Of a stretch of DNA of 64,000 bases, positions 10,542 to 20,967 are shown one piece after another. The stretch is taken from contig CANKZQ010000001.1 in assembly GCA_947488345.1 (NCBI GenBank), positions 660,518 through 724,517 of the forward strand, in the 5' to 3' direction. A model generated the notes under the pieces. That model made no database searches. It saw only the letters and a list, made by a program, of their open reading frames with translations, and was not told where the DNA came from. The position numbers and the translations under genes were made by a program. The stretch comes from an uncultured Flavobacteriaceae bacterium. GTDB lineage: Bacteria; Bacteroidota; Bacteroidia; Flavobacteriales; Flavobacteriaceae. Each line of letters starts with the position of its first letter. Within the stretch, counting starts at the first letter, position 1.

Positions 10542-11570
10542 TTATTCTTTATGATTCACGGTATAAGCACGCCACTTCTCTAAACAGGCCTGCATATCTT
10601 CAGGAATTTCCGAATCGAATTGCATCATTTTTTTTGTTACAGGATGTTCAAACCCCAATGTTTTGGCATGCAACGCTTGCCTAGGTAACACTTTGAAACA
10701 ATTGTCTACAAATTGTTTGTATTTGGTAAAGGTCGTTCCCTTTAAAATTTTCTCTCCGCCGTAACGTTCGTCATTAAACAAGGTATGTCCGATATGCTTA
10801 AAATGAGCTCTTATTTGATGTGTTCGGCCAGTTTCTAATTTACACTGCACTAGTGTCACATAGCTAAAACGTTCAATGACCTTATAATGGGTAACGGCAT
10901 GTTTCCCAAATTCCCCGTCAGGGAAAACATCCATCTGCAACCTATTTTTAAAACTTCGACCGATATGCCCCGTAATGGTTCCTTCATCATTTTCAATATT
11001 TCCCCAAACTAGGGCCAAATAAAGACGTTCAGTAGTACGATCAAAAAATTGATTCGACAAATGTGTCATCGCGGCTTCGGTCTTCGCCACTACTAATAAA
11101 CCACTGGTGTCTTTATCAATTCTATGCACCAATCCTGGTCGCTCATTAGAATTTTTGGGTAAGTTCTCGATATGATGAATCAATCCATTAACCAAAGTAC
11201 CGCTGTAATTTCCATGTCCAGGATGCACCACCATACCTGCAGGTTTATTCACCACCATCACTGCGTCATCTTCATAAACAATATTGATAGGGATATCTTC
11301 AGCAACCAACAAATTCTCATGAGGAGGATGTGCCAAGACCACACGAACCTCATCGAGTGGTTTTACTTTGTAATTTGACTTTACCACAGCATCATTCACC
11401 AAAACATTTCCAGCTTTTATTGCTTGTTGGATCTTGTTGCGCGTAGCGTTTTCTATGAAATTGAGTAAAAATTTATCTACACGTAATGGTACTTGTCCAT
11501 CACTTGCCGTAAACTTATAATGCTCAAAGAGTTCATCTTGCTCTTCTAAATGGGCAGCGTCATCATTCAT
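10542..11570 (-). CDS. rluD: RluA-family pseudouridine synthase with S4 domain (RluD-like)
   Basis: S4 domain; VNKPAGMVVHP; RPGLVHRIDKDTSG; LETGRTHQIR; RQALHA. Confidence 0.93.
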   Translation of the reverse strand: MNDDAAHLEEQDELFEHYKFTASDGQVPLRVDKFLLNFIENATRNKIQQAIKAGNVLVNDAVVKSNYKVKPLDEVRVVLAHPPHENLLVAEDIPINIVYEDDAVMVVNKPAGMVVHPGHGNYSGTLVNGLIHHIENLPKNSNERPGLVHRIDKDTSGLLVVAKTEAAMTHLSNQFFDRTTERLYLALVWGNIENDEGTITGHIGRSFKNRLQMDVFPDGEFGKHAVTHYKVIERFSYVTLVQCKLETGRTHQIRAHFKHIGHTLFNDERYGGEKILKGTTFTKYKQFVDNCFKVLPRQALHAKTLGFEHPVTKKMMQFDSEIPEDMQACLEKWRAYTVNHKE

Positions 11571-12154
11571 TAATTACTCGAATCAGTATTACTACTTTTC
11601 TTTCCATCTCCCAATACTAGATCGATCGTACTATTTTTAGGAATCGCGGTACCCACTTCTAATTCGGCACCATTGTATCTGAGTTTTCGTACAACATCAC
11701 GACCGATATCAGGAATATAGGTAGATTTTCCTATTTTAAAACCCGTTGACGTTAATTGTGTTACCACTTGTCTTTTCGTTTTTCCTAATACATTCGGAAC
11801 CTTAATTTTTCTATAGCTTGCCGGATTCAAAGTGAGGTAAATTTTTCTACCCTCTTTGACAAAGTCTCCAGCTTCAGGGTTTTGACTTAACACCGATTCT
11901 GGTGGAAACTCAGGATTATAGCTCGCATAAGGCATCACCACGGTATCTAAACTCTTTTCATCTAATGTTTTAACGGCATCTACCAGTGACATCTTTGCTA
12001 AATCTGGCACTTCGATTTTTTGACCATGATTGGTTTTAAAACTTAAAAATCGATTCAACAGAAAAATACCTACCACCAATACCAGTAATATAGTAAGTAT
12101 GGTACGTATAAAAAGTTTACTTTTTAAATAATGTAATAGTTGCATTTTGGTCAT
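11570..12154 (-). CDS. PASTA domain-containing membrane protein
   Basis: N-terminal TM helix; VPDL and VPNVLG PASTA repeats; SQNPEAG..VKEGR.I.L. Confidence 0.88.
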   Translation of the reverse strand: MTKMQLLHYLKSKLFIRTILTILLVLVVGIFLLNRFLSFKTNHGQKIEVPDLAKMSLVDAVKTLDEKSLDTVVMPYASYNPEFPPESVLSQNPEAGDFVKEGRKIYLTLNPASYRKIKVPNVLGKTKRQVVTQLTSTGFKIGKSTYIPDIGRDVVRKLRYNGAELEVGTAIPKNSTIDLVLGDGKKSSNTDSSN

Positions 12155-12264
12155 ATTTAACGCACAAACTTAATTAAAAAATATGAGTGCTAGTAAAGAT
12201 ATATGTGCCAGTTTTAAACAAAAAAACAATTTAAAACGTATTTTTATCCTTTAAATATTCAATA

Positions 12265-12272
12265 CATTTGTT
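12265..12272 (+). promoter_or_regulatory. Bacteroidota housekeeping promoter -7 element upstream of ddl
   Basis: TACATTTG matches TAnnTTTG, 17 nt before the ddl ATG. Confidence 0.6.
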
Positions 12273-12289
12273 CATACCGAAGTAAAAAA

Positions 12290-13267
12290 ATGAAAAGAAC
12301 AATTGCCATTATTATGGGAGGGTACTCCTCGGAGGTTGAAATTTCACTGAAGAGTGGAAATGTGGTGTTTCAACACCTATCGGAAGAAATCTATAACGTA
12401 TACAAAGTTCATATTTTAAAAGAGAAATGGGTAGCTGTTATCGGCACAGACGAATACCCTATTAATAAGCATGATTTTTCTTTTACCCATAATGAAAATC
12501 ATATTACGTTTGACTGTGTTTTCAATGCTATACATGGGCACCCCGGTGAAGACGGTACGATCCTAGCCTACTTTGATCTTTTAGGTATAAAACATACTTC
12601 TGCTCCCTTTTATCAAATGGCATTGACTTTTAACAAGCGAGATACCTTAAGTGTTGTGAAAGAATATGGAATTAAGGCAGCCACGTCATTTTATCTTGAC
12701 AAAGGTGACTCTATTGATGCTGATGCAATTCTCGCAAAAGTAGGATTGCCTTGCTTTGTAAAACCGAACAATGCAGGCTCTAGCTTTGGAATTTCGAAGG
12801 TTACTGAAAAAGCAACGTTAACGGAGGCCATTGAGGTTGCTTTTGCCGAAGATCATGAAATTCTAATCGAGTCTTTCTTGGACGGCACTGAAGTATCAGT
12901 CGGTGTGATCGATTATAACGGACAAACAAAAGTACTACCGGCAACTGAAATCGTTTCAGAGAATGATTTCTTTGATTATGAAGCCAAGTATTTGGGGAAA
13001 TCTCAAGAGATTACACCCGCACGAATTTCACAAACACAACTACAAAACTTAAACGCTGTTGCTCAACAAGTATATGAAATTTTAAATTTGAGTGGATTTT
13101 CGAGAGCAGAATACATATTTATCGGTGACGAACCCTATTTCTTAGAAATAAATACAGTACCTGGTCTTACGAATGAAAGTTTGTTACCTCAACAAGCAAA
13201 AGCAGCGGGTATCAGCTTAGAAGATTTATTTAGCAACACCATAGGACAAGCATTAAAAACAAATTGA
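12290..13267 (+). CDS. ddl: D-alanine--D-alanine ligase
   Basis: GGYSSEVEISL, HGHPGEDG, VKPNNAGSSFG, FFDYEAKY, LEINTVPG. Confidence 0.96.
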   Translation: MKRTIAIIMGGYSSEVEISLKSGNVVFQHLSEEIYNVYKVHILKEKWVAVIGTDEYPINKHDFSFTHNENHITFDCVFNAIHGHPGEDGTILAYFDLLGIKHTSAPFYQMALTFNKRDTLSVVKEYGIKAATSFYLDKGDSIDADAILAKVGLPCFVKPNNAGSSFGISKVTEKATLTEAIEVAFAEDHEILIESFLDGTEVSVGVIDYNGQTKVLPATEIVSENDFFDYEAKYLGKSQEITPARISQTQLQNLNAVAQQVYEILNLSGFSRAEYIFIGDEPYFLEINTVPGLTNESLLPQQAKAAGISLEDLFSNTIGQALKTN

Positions 13268-13269
13268 GG

Positions 13270-13722
13270 ATGAGACGAGCAATATTTCCTGGATCCTTCG
13301 ATCCAATAACCTTAGGGCATTTCGATATCATTAAACGTGGTATTGATCTTTTTGATGAGATCATTGTTGCGATTGGTATCAACGCCGAAAAAAAATATAT
13401 GTTCAATTTAGAACAGCGTAAGGCCTTTATTGAAGAAGCTTTTAAAGATGAACCCAAGGTAAAAGTTGTAACTTATAAAGGGATGACTGTTGATTTTTGT
13501 AAAGAAATAGAAGCAAATTTCATTTTAAGAGGATTGCGAAATCCTGCAGATTTCGAATTCGAAAAAGCCATTGCCCATACCAATAGAAAGCTCACTAAAA
13601 TAGAAACGGTGTTTTTGCTAACGGCAGCCAGTACCTCCTTTATTTCTTCATCAATTGTGCGTGATGTGATTCGAAACAACGGTAATTTTAGCATTTTGGT
13701 ACCAGACAGCGTCAAAGTATAA
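13270..13722 (+). CDS. coaD: Phosphopantetheine adenylyltransferase
   Basis: FPGSFDPITLGH, RGLRNPADFEFE, ISSSIVRD. Confidence 0.97.
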   Translation: MRRAIFPGSFDPITLGHFDIIKRGIDLFDEIIVAIGINAEKKYMFNLEQRKAFIEEAFKDEPKVKVVTYKGMTVDFCKEIEANFILRGLRNPADFEFEKAIAHTNRKLTKIETVFLLTAASTSFISSSIVRDVIRNNGNFSILVPDSVKV

Positions 13723-13734
13723 GACGAGAACCTA

Positions 13735-15390
13735 TTACAATTTATATTCTGACAAGGCCTTTGTGAACTTTTCAGGATTTGCGGCTAAATGATACCTTGG
13801 ATCATCGATAGCCTCTACAATTACCTCTCTAAACTTTGGACTCGCTTTATACATCAATACCTTACAATCTTCACTAAGGTGCTTTAGTTTTACCGATTTC
13901 CCTTCGGCTTCATATTTATTAACCAGATTGAAAATAGCTTCTAGTGCAGAATGGTCGCTAATACGTGATTCAACAAAATCAATCTCTACCTGTTGAGGAT
14001 CATTTTTCACATCAAACTTTTCATTAAATGCGATGATTGATCCGAAAAATAAGGGGCCCCATATTTCATATACTTTCGTACCATCTTCGCGCATACGTTT
14101 GCGAGCACGGATACGCTTTGCATTCTCCCAAGAAAATACCAAGGCACTGATAATAACTCCGGCAATTACCGCAATGGCCAAATCAAAAATGACAGTCAAT
14201 GCAGAAACTGCAATTAAGACTATAACATCACTTAAGGGTATTTTATTTAAGATTCTAAAGCTGCTCCATGCGAACGTGCCAATGACCACCATGAACATGA
14301 CTCCAACTAATGCCGCAATCGGTACCTGTTCTATCAATCCTGAAGCAAACAAAATGAAGACGAGTAGTGCTAGTGCTGCAACAATACCTGATAGTCTACC
14401 ACGACCTCCTCCTTTTATGTTGATTAATGATTGTCCGATCATAGCACAACCACCCATCCCACCGAATAATCCGGTTATAATATTGGCACCACCCTGTGCC
14501 ATACATTCTCTATTTGAATTTCCGCGTGTTTCGGTAAGTTCATCAACTAAATTCAAGGTCATTAAAGATTCTATCAATCCAATAGCAGCCAAAATCAAGG
14601 CATACGGACCAATAAACCACAATGTTTTTAAACTAAAAGACACTTTGTTAAAAATATCAAACTGAAAACTCGGCAATCCACCTTTTAAGCCTTCTCCACC
14701 TCCATCACGGATAAAACTACCTACGGTTGAGACATCTAACTTTCCGAAAATTACGATAGCCGACACTACTAAAATAGCAATCAAGGCTTCTGGTAATTTC
14801 TTAGTTAATTTAGGTAAACCGAACATGATACCCATCGTCAAACCAACCAACCCTAACATCTGCCAAAACTTTCCATTGGCAAATAAAGCGCTAAACCAAT
14901 CACCTGTATTACTCCACAAAGAAATACCTTCCGGTGCTATTTGTGGAAACATATTCAATTGTGATAAAAAGATTACAATAGCCAACCCATTCACAAATCC
15001 CATCATCACCGGATGCGGAATCAAGCGCACAAATTTACCGAGCTTTAATACCCCGGCAAGCATCTGTATCACACCCATTAAAATAACTGTTGCGAACAAA
15101 TAATAGAGTCCGAGATTTTCTCCTTCCGCGCCAAGCGCATTCCCTTCAGCCACTAAAGAAACCATCACTACTGCTAAGGCCCCTGTGGCACCAGAGATCA
15201 TCCCTGGTCGACCTCCAAAAACCGAAGTAATTAAACCAATCATAAAGGCGGCATACAAACCAACTAAAGGGTCAACACCTGCCACAAAAGCAAATGCTAC
15301 AGCCTCTGGTACTAAGGCTAAGGCTACAGTCAAGCCTGATAAAATATCATTTTTAGCGTTCTTAGTACGTTTTCTTATAAATTCAGTCAT
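13735..15390 (-). CDS. SulP/SLC26 inorganic anion permease with short STAS domain
   Basis: DILSGLTVALALVPEAVAF, GGRPGMISGATG, GMGGCAMIGQS, GPLFFGS, DHSALEAI. Confidence 0.93.
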   Translation of the reverse strand: MTEFIRKRTKNAKNDILSGLTVALALVPEAVAFAFVAGVDPLVGLYAAFMIGLITSVFGGRPGMISGATGALAVVMVSLVAEGNALGAEGENLGLYYLFATVILMGVIQMLAGVLKLGKFVRLIPHPVMMGFVNGLAIVIFLSQLNMFPQIAPEGISLWSNTGDWFSALFANGKFWQMLGLVGLTMGIMFGLPKLTKKLPEALIAILVVSAIVIFGKLDVSTVGSFIRDGGGEGLKGGLPSFQFDIFNKVSFSLKTLWFIGPYALILAAIGLIESLMTLNLVDELTETRGNSNRECMAQGGANIITGLFGGMGGCAMIGQSLINIKGGGRGRLSGIVAALALLVFILFASGLIEQVPIAALVGVMFMVVIGTFAWSSFRILNKIPLSDVIVLIAVSALTVIFDLAIAVIAGVIISALVFSWENAKRIRARKRMREDGTKVYEIWGPLFFGSIIAFNEKFDVKNDPQQVEIDFVESRISDHSALEAIFNLVNKYEAEGKSVKLKHLSEDCKVLMYKASPKFREVIVEAIDDPRYHLAANPEKFTKALSEYKL

Positions 15391-15413
15391 AATTCCTTCC
15401 GTTTAAAAGGCGG

Positions 15414-15421
15414 CAAAGATA
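15414..15421 (-). promoter_or_regulatory. -7 promoter element for the SulP gene
   Basis: Minus strand TATCTTTG, 23 nt before ATG. Confidence 0.6.
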
Positions 15422-15467
15422 GTGTAATTTAGTAAGTTAGCAAGCTTTACCTATTGAATAGCTTAGA

Positions 15468-16064
15468 TTATTTTTGCACCCTACTGAAGAGCATTCGAAT
15501 ATTACCGTAGGTATCGTTCAACGCCTCGTTCATACTATCACTGCCTATCCATACTACTTTTGTAATCCCTTCTTTCATTTGTGGGGTCAATTCTTGATGC
15601 CTATCAGCGAACATTTTATACCAATGCGTGACCTTTAAAACGGTCTCTTCCTTATATTGATAGATATGATATGTTGACATCAAAAAATCGTTCAATATCA
15701 CTTTAGTAATTCCACATTCCTCCTCGACTTCTCGTATCGCTGCTGTCTCTTTATCTTCATTTTTTTCAATTTTTCCTTTGGGTAGATCCCATCGTCCATT
15801 TCTATAAATCCAAAGCACTTCGTCAGACTCGTTAAAAACTATTCCTCCAGCCGCTTCAATCAGCTCAAAATGACGTTTAAAATCATACCATAAAAATTCA
15901 AGATCAGGATGATACAAATGCACATCTGTAAGAAATCCCTTTTCTATATTTCTTAAAATGTCTGATAACCGATTGCTATCATACCGCATAAAAGATTTTT
16001 CTTTTGTATCCTTAGCATCGTCTGTTAAATAAATAACAGCATCATTTATAAAAATTGTATACAT
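15468..16064 (-). CDS. NUDIX hydrolase
   Basis: Nudix box WDLPKGKIEKNEDKETAAIREVEEECG; likely start MYTIFIND (16064), alternative 16073. Confidence 0.9.
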   Translation of the reverse strand: MYTIFINDAVIYLTDDAKDTKEKSFMRYDSNRLSDILRNIEKGFLTDVHLYHPDLEFLWYDFKRHFELIEAAGGIVFNESDEVLWIYRNGRWDLPKGKIEKNEDKETAAIREVEEECGITKVILNDFLMSTYHIYQYKEETVLKVTHWYKMFADRHQELTPQMKEGITKVVWIGSDSMNEALNDTYGNIRMLFSRVQK

Positions 16065-16067
16065 TTG
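16060..16067 (+). promoter_or_regulatory. -7 promoter element for pyrE overlapping the NUDIX start codon
   Basis: TACATTTG only 4 nt before the pyrE ATG (16072). Confidence 0.55.
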
Positions 16068-16071
16068 CGGC

Positions 16072-16710
16072 ATGATTTTAGACAAAAATACGGCAAAAAA
16101 GACAGCTGAACTATTATTGCAAATCAAAGCCATAAAATTGCAACCTAGCGACCCTTTTACTTGGGCTTCGGGATGGAAATCTCCTATTTATTGTGACAAC
16201 AGAACAACCCTTTCATTTGTAAACATTCGTAATTTTTTACGTGAAAGTTTAGCGAAAGCTGTAGAAGAAAAATATGGGAAGCCAGATGTGATTGCAGGTG
16301 TGGCCACAGGAGCCATTGCAATTGGAGTTTTAGTTGCCCAAGAATTAGGCATACCTTTTGTGTATGTAAGACCAGAACCAAAAAAACATGGCCGTCAAAA
16401 TCAGATTGAAGGACATTTAGAAAAGGGTCAAAATGTAGTGGTAATTGAAGATCTCATCAGTACAGGAAAAAGCAGTTTAAATGCTGTCAAAGCCCTAAAG
16501 GAGGCTGATGCGACGGTGAAAGGCATGGTGGCTATCTTTTCGTATGGATTTGAATTTGCTCAAAACAATTTTGATGCTGCGAATGTAGATCTAACGACCT
16601 TAAGTGATTATACAAATTTGTTAGAGCAAGCCGTAGAAACCAATTATATCAATACCAAAGAATTAGCAACGCTACAAAAATGGAGTGAAAACCCTAGTGA
16701 GTGGCAGTAA
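16072..16710 (+). CDS. pyrE: Orotate phosphoribosyltransferase
   Basis: FTWASGWKSPIYCDNR, VRPEPKKHG, VVIEDLISTGKS PRPP motif. Confidence 0.97.
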   Translation: MILDKNTAKKTAELLLQIKAIKLQPSDPFTWASGWKSPIYCDNRTTLSFVNIRNFLRESLAKAVEEKYGKPDVIAGVATGAIAIGVLVAQELGIPFVYVRPEPKKHGRQNQIEGHLEKGQNVVVIEDLISTGKSSLNAVKALKEADATVKGMVAIFSYGFEFAQNNFDAANVDLTTLSDYTNLLEQAVETNYINTKELATLQKWSENPSEWQ

Positions 16711-16721
16711 TATTTTAAACA

Positions 16722-17114
16722 ATGAATTTAGAAAGCCCAAAAGTCTCAGTACAAAAATCTAGTAACGACATGTTTGAATTTTTAGCAAAAGTTGAAAATT
16801 TCGAACAGATAATGCCCGAAAATATCGATAAGTTTGAGGCAAGAGAAGATTCTTTCCTTTTCGCTTTAAGCGGTATGCCAGAAATCAAATTGAAATTACA
16901 AGAATTAGTACCTTCAAGTAAAGTAGTCTTAGCTTCCGCCAGCGACAAGATTCCTTTTACACTAACTGGGCATATTACCGAAACGAGCGAAACGACTAGT
17001 GATGTTCAATTGGTATTTGATGGTAAATTTAATATGATGATGGCCATGATGGTAAAACCACCTTTAAAAAAATTCATCAATACGCTTGCTGAAAATATCG
17101 AAAGCCTTAAATAA
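16722..17114 (+). CDS. SRPBCC/CoxG-like protein
   Basis: 130-aa ORF co-oriented with pyrE; 'NFEQIMPE...MMMAMMVKPPLKKFINTL' pattern. Confidence 0.7.
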   Translation: MNLESPKVSVQKSSNDMFEFLAKVENFEQIMPENIDKFEAREDSFLFALSGMPEIKLKLQELVPSSKVVLASASDKIPFTLTGHITETSETTSDVQLVFDGKFNMMMAMMVKPPLKKFINTLAENIESLK

Positions 17115-17838
17115 ATTGTATTTCTTTGAGGGCGAAAGTCTCGAGGGATTCATTTTCTAATTCAACCAAAAGTTTTCCCTGATCAGTAATTCCTAAAATC
17201 TTACCTATAAAATTACCAAGCTTATCTGCATGAAACATAGCTGGCTCACCGTTGCGATGTAATACTTTCTCGTAGTTCAATTTTAACAGCTCAAATTGTT
17301 GACTTTCAATAAATGTCATTTGATGTTGTATTTCTATGATCAATGCATTCAACAGCGCCTCCTTTTCATGTTCCTTCTCGGTGAGTATTTTTATAGAAGT
17401 AGCATTTGACAATTCTGACGGAAAATTCTCTTGATTTACATTCAATCCAACACCTACAATCGCACGTTGTATCTTGCCATTACTGACAGTGTTTTCAATT
17501 AAAATTCCACATAATTTCTTATTTAATGACAAAATGTCGTTAGGCCATTTAATTTTTAACTTATTTTTAATAGTTCGATGCAACACGTTATAAATAGCCA
17601 ATGAAACAGCGCAGTTTAGGTAAAAAGAATGACGAACTTCCAAGGCAGAAAAAACACATAACATACTGAATGTTAAATTTTTACCTTTTTCAGAAACCCA
17701 AACATTCTCAAACTGTCCTTTACCATTCGTCTGATGATCGGTAACGACTACAGTGTAATTTTCGACAATAGAACTTCTCACCATATCCTTTAAAAAAGTA
17801 TTGGTGGAATTAATGGCATTAAGTTTGACTATTTTCAT
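17107..17838 (-). CDS. birA: Biotin--[acetyl-CoA-carboxylase] ligase (no N-terminal HTH)
   Basis: INSTN, QTNGKGQ, KWPNDI, KKLCGILIE, GVGLNVNQ. Confidence 0.93.
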   Translation of the reverse strand: MKIVKLNAINSTNTFLKDMVRSSIVENYTVVVTDHQTNGKGQFENVWVSEKGKNLTFSMLCVFSALEVRHSFYLNCAVSLAIYNVLHRTIKNKLKIKWPNDILSLNKKLCGILIENTVSNGKIQRAIVGVGLNVNQENFPSELSNATSIKILTEKEHEKEALLNALIIEIQHQMTFIESQQFELLKLNYEKVLHRNGEPAMFHADKLGNFIGKILGITDQGKLLVELENESLETFALKEIQFI

Positions 17839-17849
17839 ATATATTTATG

Positions 17850-17890
17850 CAAATATAGGGCTTCATTCATCATAAAAAGTAATACATTTG
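17850..17890. promoter_or_regulatory. Divergent -7 promoter elements for birA (17850-17857, minus) and rsfS-ftsH (17883-17890, plus)
   Basis: TATATTTG on minus strand; TACATTTG on plus strand. Confidence 0.6.
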
Positions 17891-17912
17891 CAGGTAATTA
17901 TAAAGATTTTTA

Positions 17913-18284
17913 ATGACAGAAAAAAAGCCAAGCGCTGATCAGCTAATCACTGAGATTATTAAAGGAATAGAGCAGGTTAAAGGTGAAAAAATTAGCATTT
18001 TAGACCTGAGAGAGATTGACAATACAGTTTGCGATTACTTTATAGTTTGTGAAGGAAATTCTAACACGCAGGTAAATGCCATTGCTGGCTCAGTTCAAAA
18101 ACTAGTTAGCAAAGCGTTAAAAGATAAACCTTGGCATGTTGAAGGAGAAGTAAATGCTGAATGGATATTACTAGATTATGTAAATGTAGTCGTACACATT
18201 TTTCAAAAACAAATACGTGAGTTTTATGACATTGAAAGTCTTTGGGGAGATGCCAAGATTACAGTTATAGAAACCGCTCACTAA
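17913..18284 (+). CDS. rsfS: Ribosome silencing factor
   Basis: CDYFIVCEGNSNTQVNAI, WILLDYVNVVVHIF, FYDIESLWGDA. Confidence 0.95.
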   Translation: MTEKKPSADQLITEIIKGIEQVKGEKISILDLREIDNTVCDYFIVCEGNSNTQVNAIAGSVQKLVSKALKDKPWHVEGEVNAEWILLDYVNVVVHIFQKQIREFYDIESLWGDAKITVIETAH

Positions 18285-18306
18285 TCATTAACAACAATAC
18301 ACTCAT

Positions 18307-20325
18307 ATGAGTAACGATAATAAGAAAAACAAACCTTTAAAAGAGTTTAAATTTAAGTTCAATTTCTATTGGGTTTATGGAATTCTATTCGCCTTAATTT
18401 TAGGCTATCAATTTTTTAATAGTGCGAGTACAGCAAGTAATGAGCTCTCAACAAACGAATTTGAAACAATTCTAAAGGATAATGACATCGAGAAAATCAT
18501 TATTGCGAATAAAGATGTTGCCCAAGTTTTTATTACACCCGAAGCACTTCAAAAAGAAAAGCATAAAAAGAATACTCAGAGTCCGTTTTTTAATGACAAA
18601 AATCCAATGTATGTCTATAAAATTGGAGATCTTAAAAACTTCGAGGATAGTTTAGAACAGTACAAAGAAGAAAATTCGTTAACATTCGACACAAAGAATG
18701 ATACACAAGAAAGTATTTGGGATTTTATCTTACCATTATTGCCATTTGTATTTATTATTGCCATTTGGATTTTCATTATGAAACGTATGTCTGGTGGTGG
18801 TGCCGGTGGTGGTGCTGGAGGGCAAATTTTCAACATTGGAAAGTCAAAAGCAAAGCTTTTTGATCAAGATCAGAAAGTACAAACCTCATTTAAAGATGTT
18901 GCAGGTTTAGAAGGGGCCAAAGAGGAAGTTCAAGAGATTGTAGACTTCTTAAAAAATCCAGAAAAATACACTAAACTTGGTGGTAAAATTCCAAAAGGAG
19001 CCTTACTGGTAGGACCTCCAGGAACAGGAAAAACTTTATTGGCAAAAGCTGTTGCCGGAGAAGCGAAAGTACCTTTCTTTTCATTATCGGGATCTGATTT
19101 TGTTGAGATGTTTGTAGGTGTAGGTGCCTCTCGTGTGAGAGATTTATTTAAACAAGCAGCGCAAAAATCTCCATCTATTATTTTCATTGATGAAATTGAT
19201 GCGATCGGTAGAGCACGTGGTAGAAGTAATATCACTGGCGGTAATGATGAAAGAGAAAACACTCTGAATCAATTATTGACGGAAATGGACGGTTTCGGAA
19301 CTGATGTAAACGTTATCGTTATTGCCGCAACAAACCGTGCCGATGTCTTAGATAAAGCGTTAATGCGTGCTGGTAGATTCGATAGACAGATTTATGTAGA
19401 TCTACCCGACATGAATGAGCGAAAAGAAATATTTGAGGTGCATATAAAACCCCTTAAATTGGCCAAAAATGCTGATATTGAATTCTTAGCAAAACAAACA
19501 CCAGGATTCTCTGGTGCTGATATTGCCAATGTTTGTAATGAAGCAGCACTTGTGGCAGCAAGAAATAATAAAAAAGCAGTAGAGCATCAAGATTTCTTAG
19601 ATGCCGTTGATAGAATTGTAGGTGGTTTAGAAAAGAAAAATAAAATCATCACACAAAAAGAAAAAGAAACCATTGCTTATCACGAAGCAGGTCACGCTAC
19701 AGTGAGTTGGATGTTAGAGCATGCTGCACCTTTGGTAAAAGTAACAATTGTACCTAGAGGGCAATCTTTAGGAGCTGCGTGGTATTTGCCAGAAGAGCGT
19801 ATGATTGTGCGAACTGAGCAAATGCTTGATGAAATGTGTGCAACACTTGGAGGAAGAGCTGCTGAGAAGATTATTTTTGATAAGATATCGACGGGCGCCT
19901 TAAGTGATTTAGAAAAAATTACCAAACAAGCACGCGCTATGGTAGCTGTTTATGGTTTAAGTGAAAAACTAGGAAACATTACTTATTACGATTCAAGTGG
20001 TCAAAATGATTATAATTTTTCAAAACCATACAGTGAGGAGACTGCTCAATTAATTGATGAGGAAATTTCTAAATTGATCGAAACACAATATGAGAGGGCG
20101 CAAGCTATCTTGCTCAAGCATAAAAAAGAGCTCACTCAATTGGCCGAATTATTATTAGAAAAAGAAGTTATTTTTAGTGATGATTTAGAAACGATTTTTG
20201 GTAAAAGACCTTTTGTAAAAGAGCCTTTAGCAAAGAAAGTAGTAAAGAAAACGGCTCCTGAAGCTTCTGAAGAACCACAAAAAGATGTGAACAATGAAGG
20301 CGAGATTTCAACAGAATTCGCCTAA
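18307..20325 (+). CDS. ftsH: ATP-dependent zinc metalloprotease FtsH
   Basis: Two TMs; GPPGTGKT; IFIDEID; RAGRFDR; HEAGH. Confidence 0.98.
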   Translation: MSNDNKKNKPLKEFKFKFNFYWVYGILFALILGYQFFNSASTASNELSTNEFETILKDNDIEKIIIANKDVAQVFITPEALQKEKHKKNTQSPFFNDKNPMYVYKIGDLKNFEDSLEQYKEENSLTFDTKNDTQESIWDFILPLLPFVFIIAIWIFIMKRMSGGGAGGGAGGQIFNIGKSKAKLFDQDQKVQTSFKDVAGLEGAKEEVQEIVDFLKNPEKYTKLGGKIPKGALLVGPPGTGKTLLAKAVAGEAKVPFFSLSGSDFVEMFVGVGASRVRDLFKQAAQKSPSIIFIDEIDAIGRARGRSNITGGNDERENTLNQLLTEMDGFGTDVNVIVIAATNRADVLDKALMRAGRFDRQIYVDLPDMNERKEIFEVHIKPLKLAKNADIEFLAKQTPGFSGADIANVCNEAALVAARNNKKAVEHQDFLDAVDRIVGGLEKKNKIITQKEKETIAYHEAGHATVSWMLEHAAPLVKVTIVPRGQSLGAAWYLPEERMIVRTEQMLDEMCATLGGRAAEKIIFDKISTGALSDLEKITKQARAMVAVYGLSEKLGNITYYDSSGQNDYNFSKPYSEETAQLIDEEISKLIETQYERAQAILLKHKKELTQLAELLLEKEVIFSDDLETIFGKRPFVKEPLAKKVVKKTAPEASEEPQKDVNNEGEISTEFA

Positions 20326-20369
20326 ACTATCACATATTCCTTAATTTTGAGTAATTCATAAACGCTTGT

Positions 20370-20966
20370 ATGAATCTCTTTAAGAAACTTTTTAACCCCA
20401 AAAAAGAAGCATCTGACGTAGGTTACTTAGAACCAGGTATTAACACCGAAAATCTTACGCTAGATGATATTTTTGTGCACAATTTCATAAAGAAAGGTGG
20501 GCGCTTTTTATATTGTACACAACTAGAAGAGATCAATCAAAATCTTTTACACATTTTTAATGAAAATGATTGGGATGATGCCCTATGTTTCGATAAACAA
20601 CTTCACAACTTTTTAGCAATTATTGATAAAAAAGTGAGTACAGAGGTGTCAAATGAACGTCCGTTCTTAACTACCTGCGAACATTTAATTTCTGATAATG
20701 GTAGTGTATTGTTTTCTTCGAATCAAGTACATCATCATAAAATCTGTAAGCTCCCTAACAGCTTCATCGTTATTGCCAGAACAAGTCAGCTGGTAAAAAC
20801 AACGAGTGAAGGGTTGATGGGTATTCGTAAGAATTATAAAAAGAATTTTCCTACCAACATCAGTTCAGTCAAAGACTATATGCCCAATAGAGTACAAGAT
20901 GATTTTTTAAGCTATGGAAATTCAAATGCTAGGAGTCTTTATCTATTGTTGCTAGAAGATTTATAG
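20370..20966 (+). CDS. LUD (lactate utilization) domain protein
   Basis: FVHNFIKKGGRFLYC and TCEHLISDNGSVLFSS pattern; position between ftsH and cdsA. Confidence 0.65.
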   Translation: MNLFKKLFNPKKEASDVGYLEPGINTENLTLDDIFVHNFIKKGGRFLYCTQLEEINQNLLHIFNENDWDDALCFDKQLHNFLAIIDKKVSTEVSNERPFLTTCEHLISDNGSVLFSSNQVHHHKICKLPNSFIVIARTSQLVKTTSEGLMGIRKNYKKNFPTNISSVKDYMPNRVQDDFLSYGNSNARSLYLLLLEDL

Positions 20967-20967
20967 T

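Noticed and set aside
18790-18825. GGT/GCC-rich repeats in ftsH, and the Gly/Ala tail of dnaK near 2410-2470
   Set aside because: Ordinary low-complexity protein linkers.
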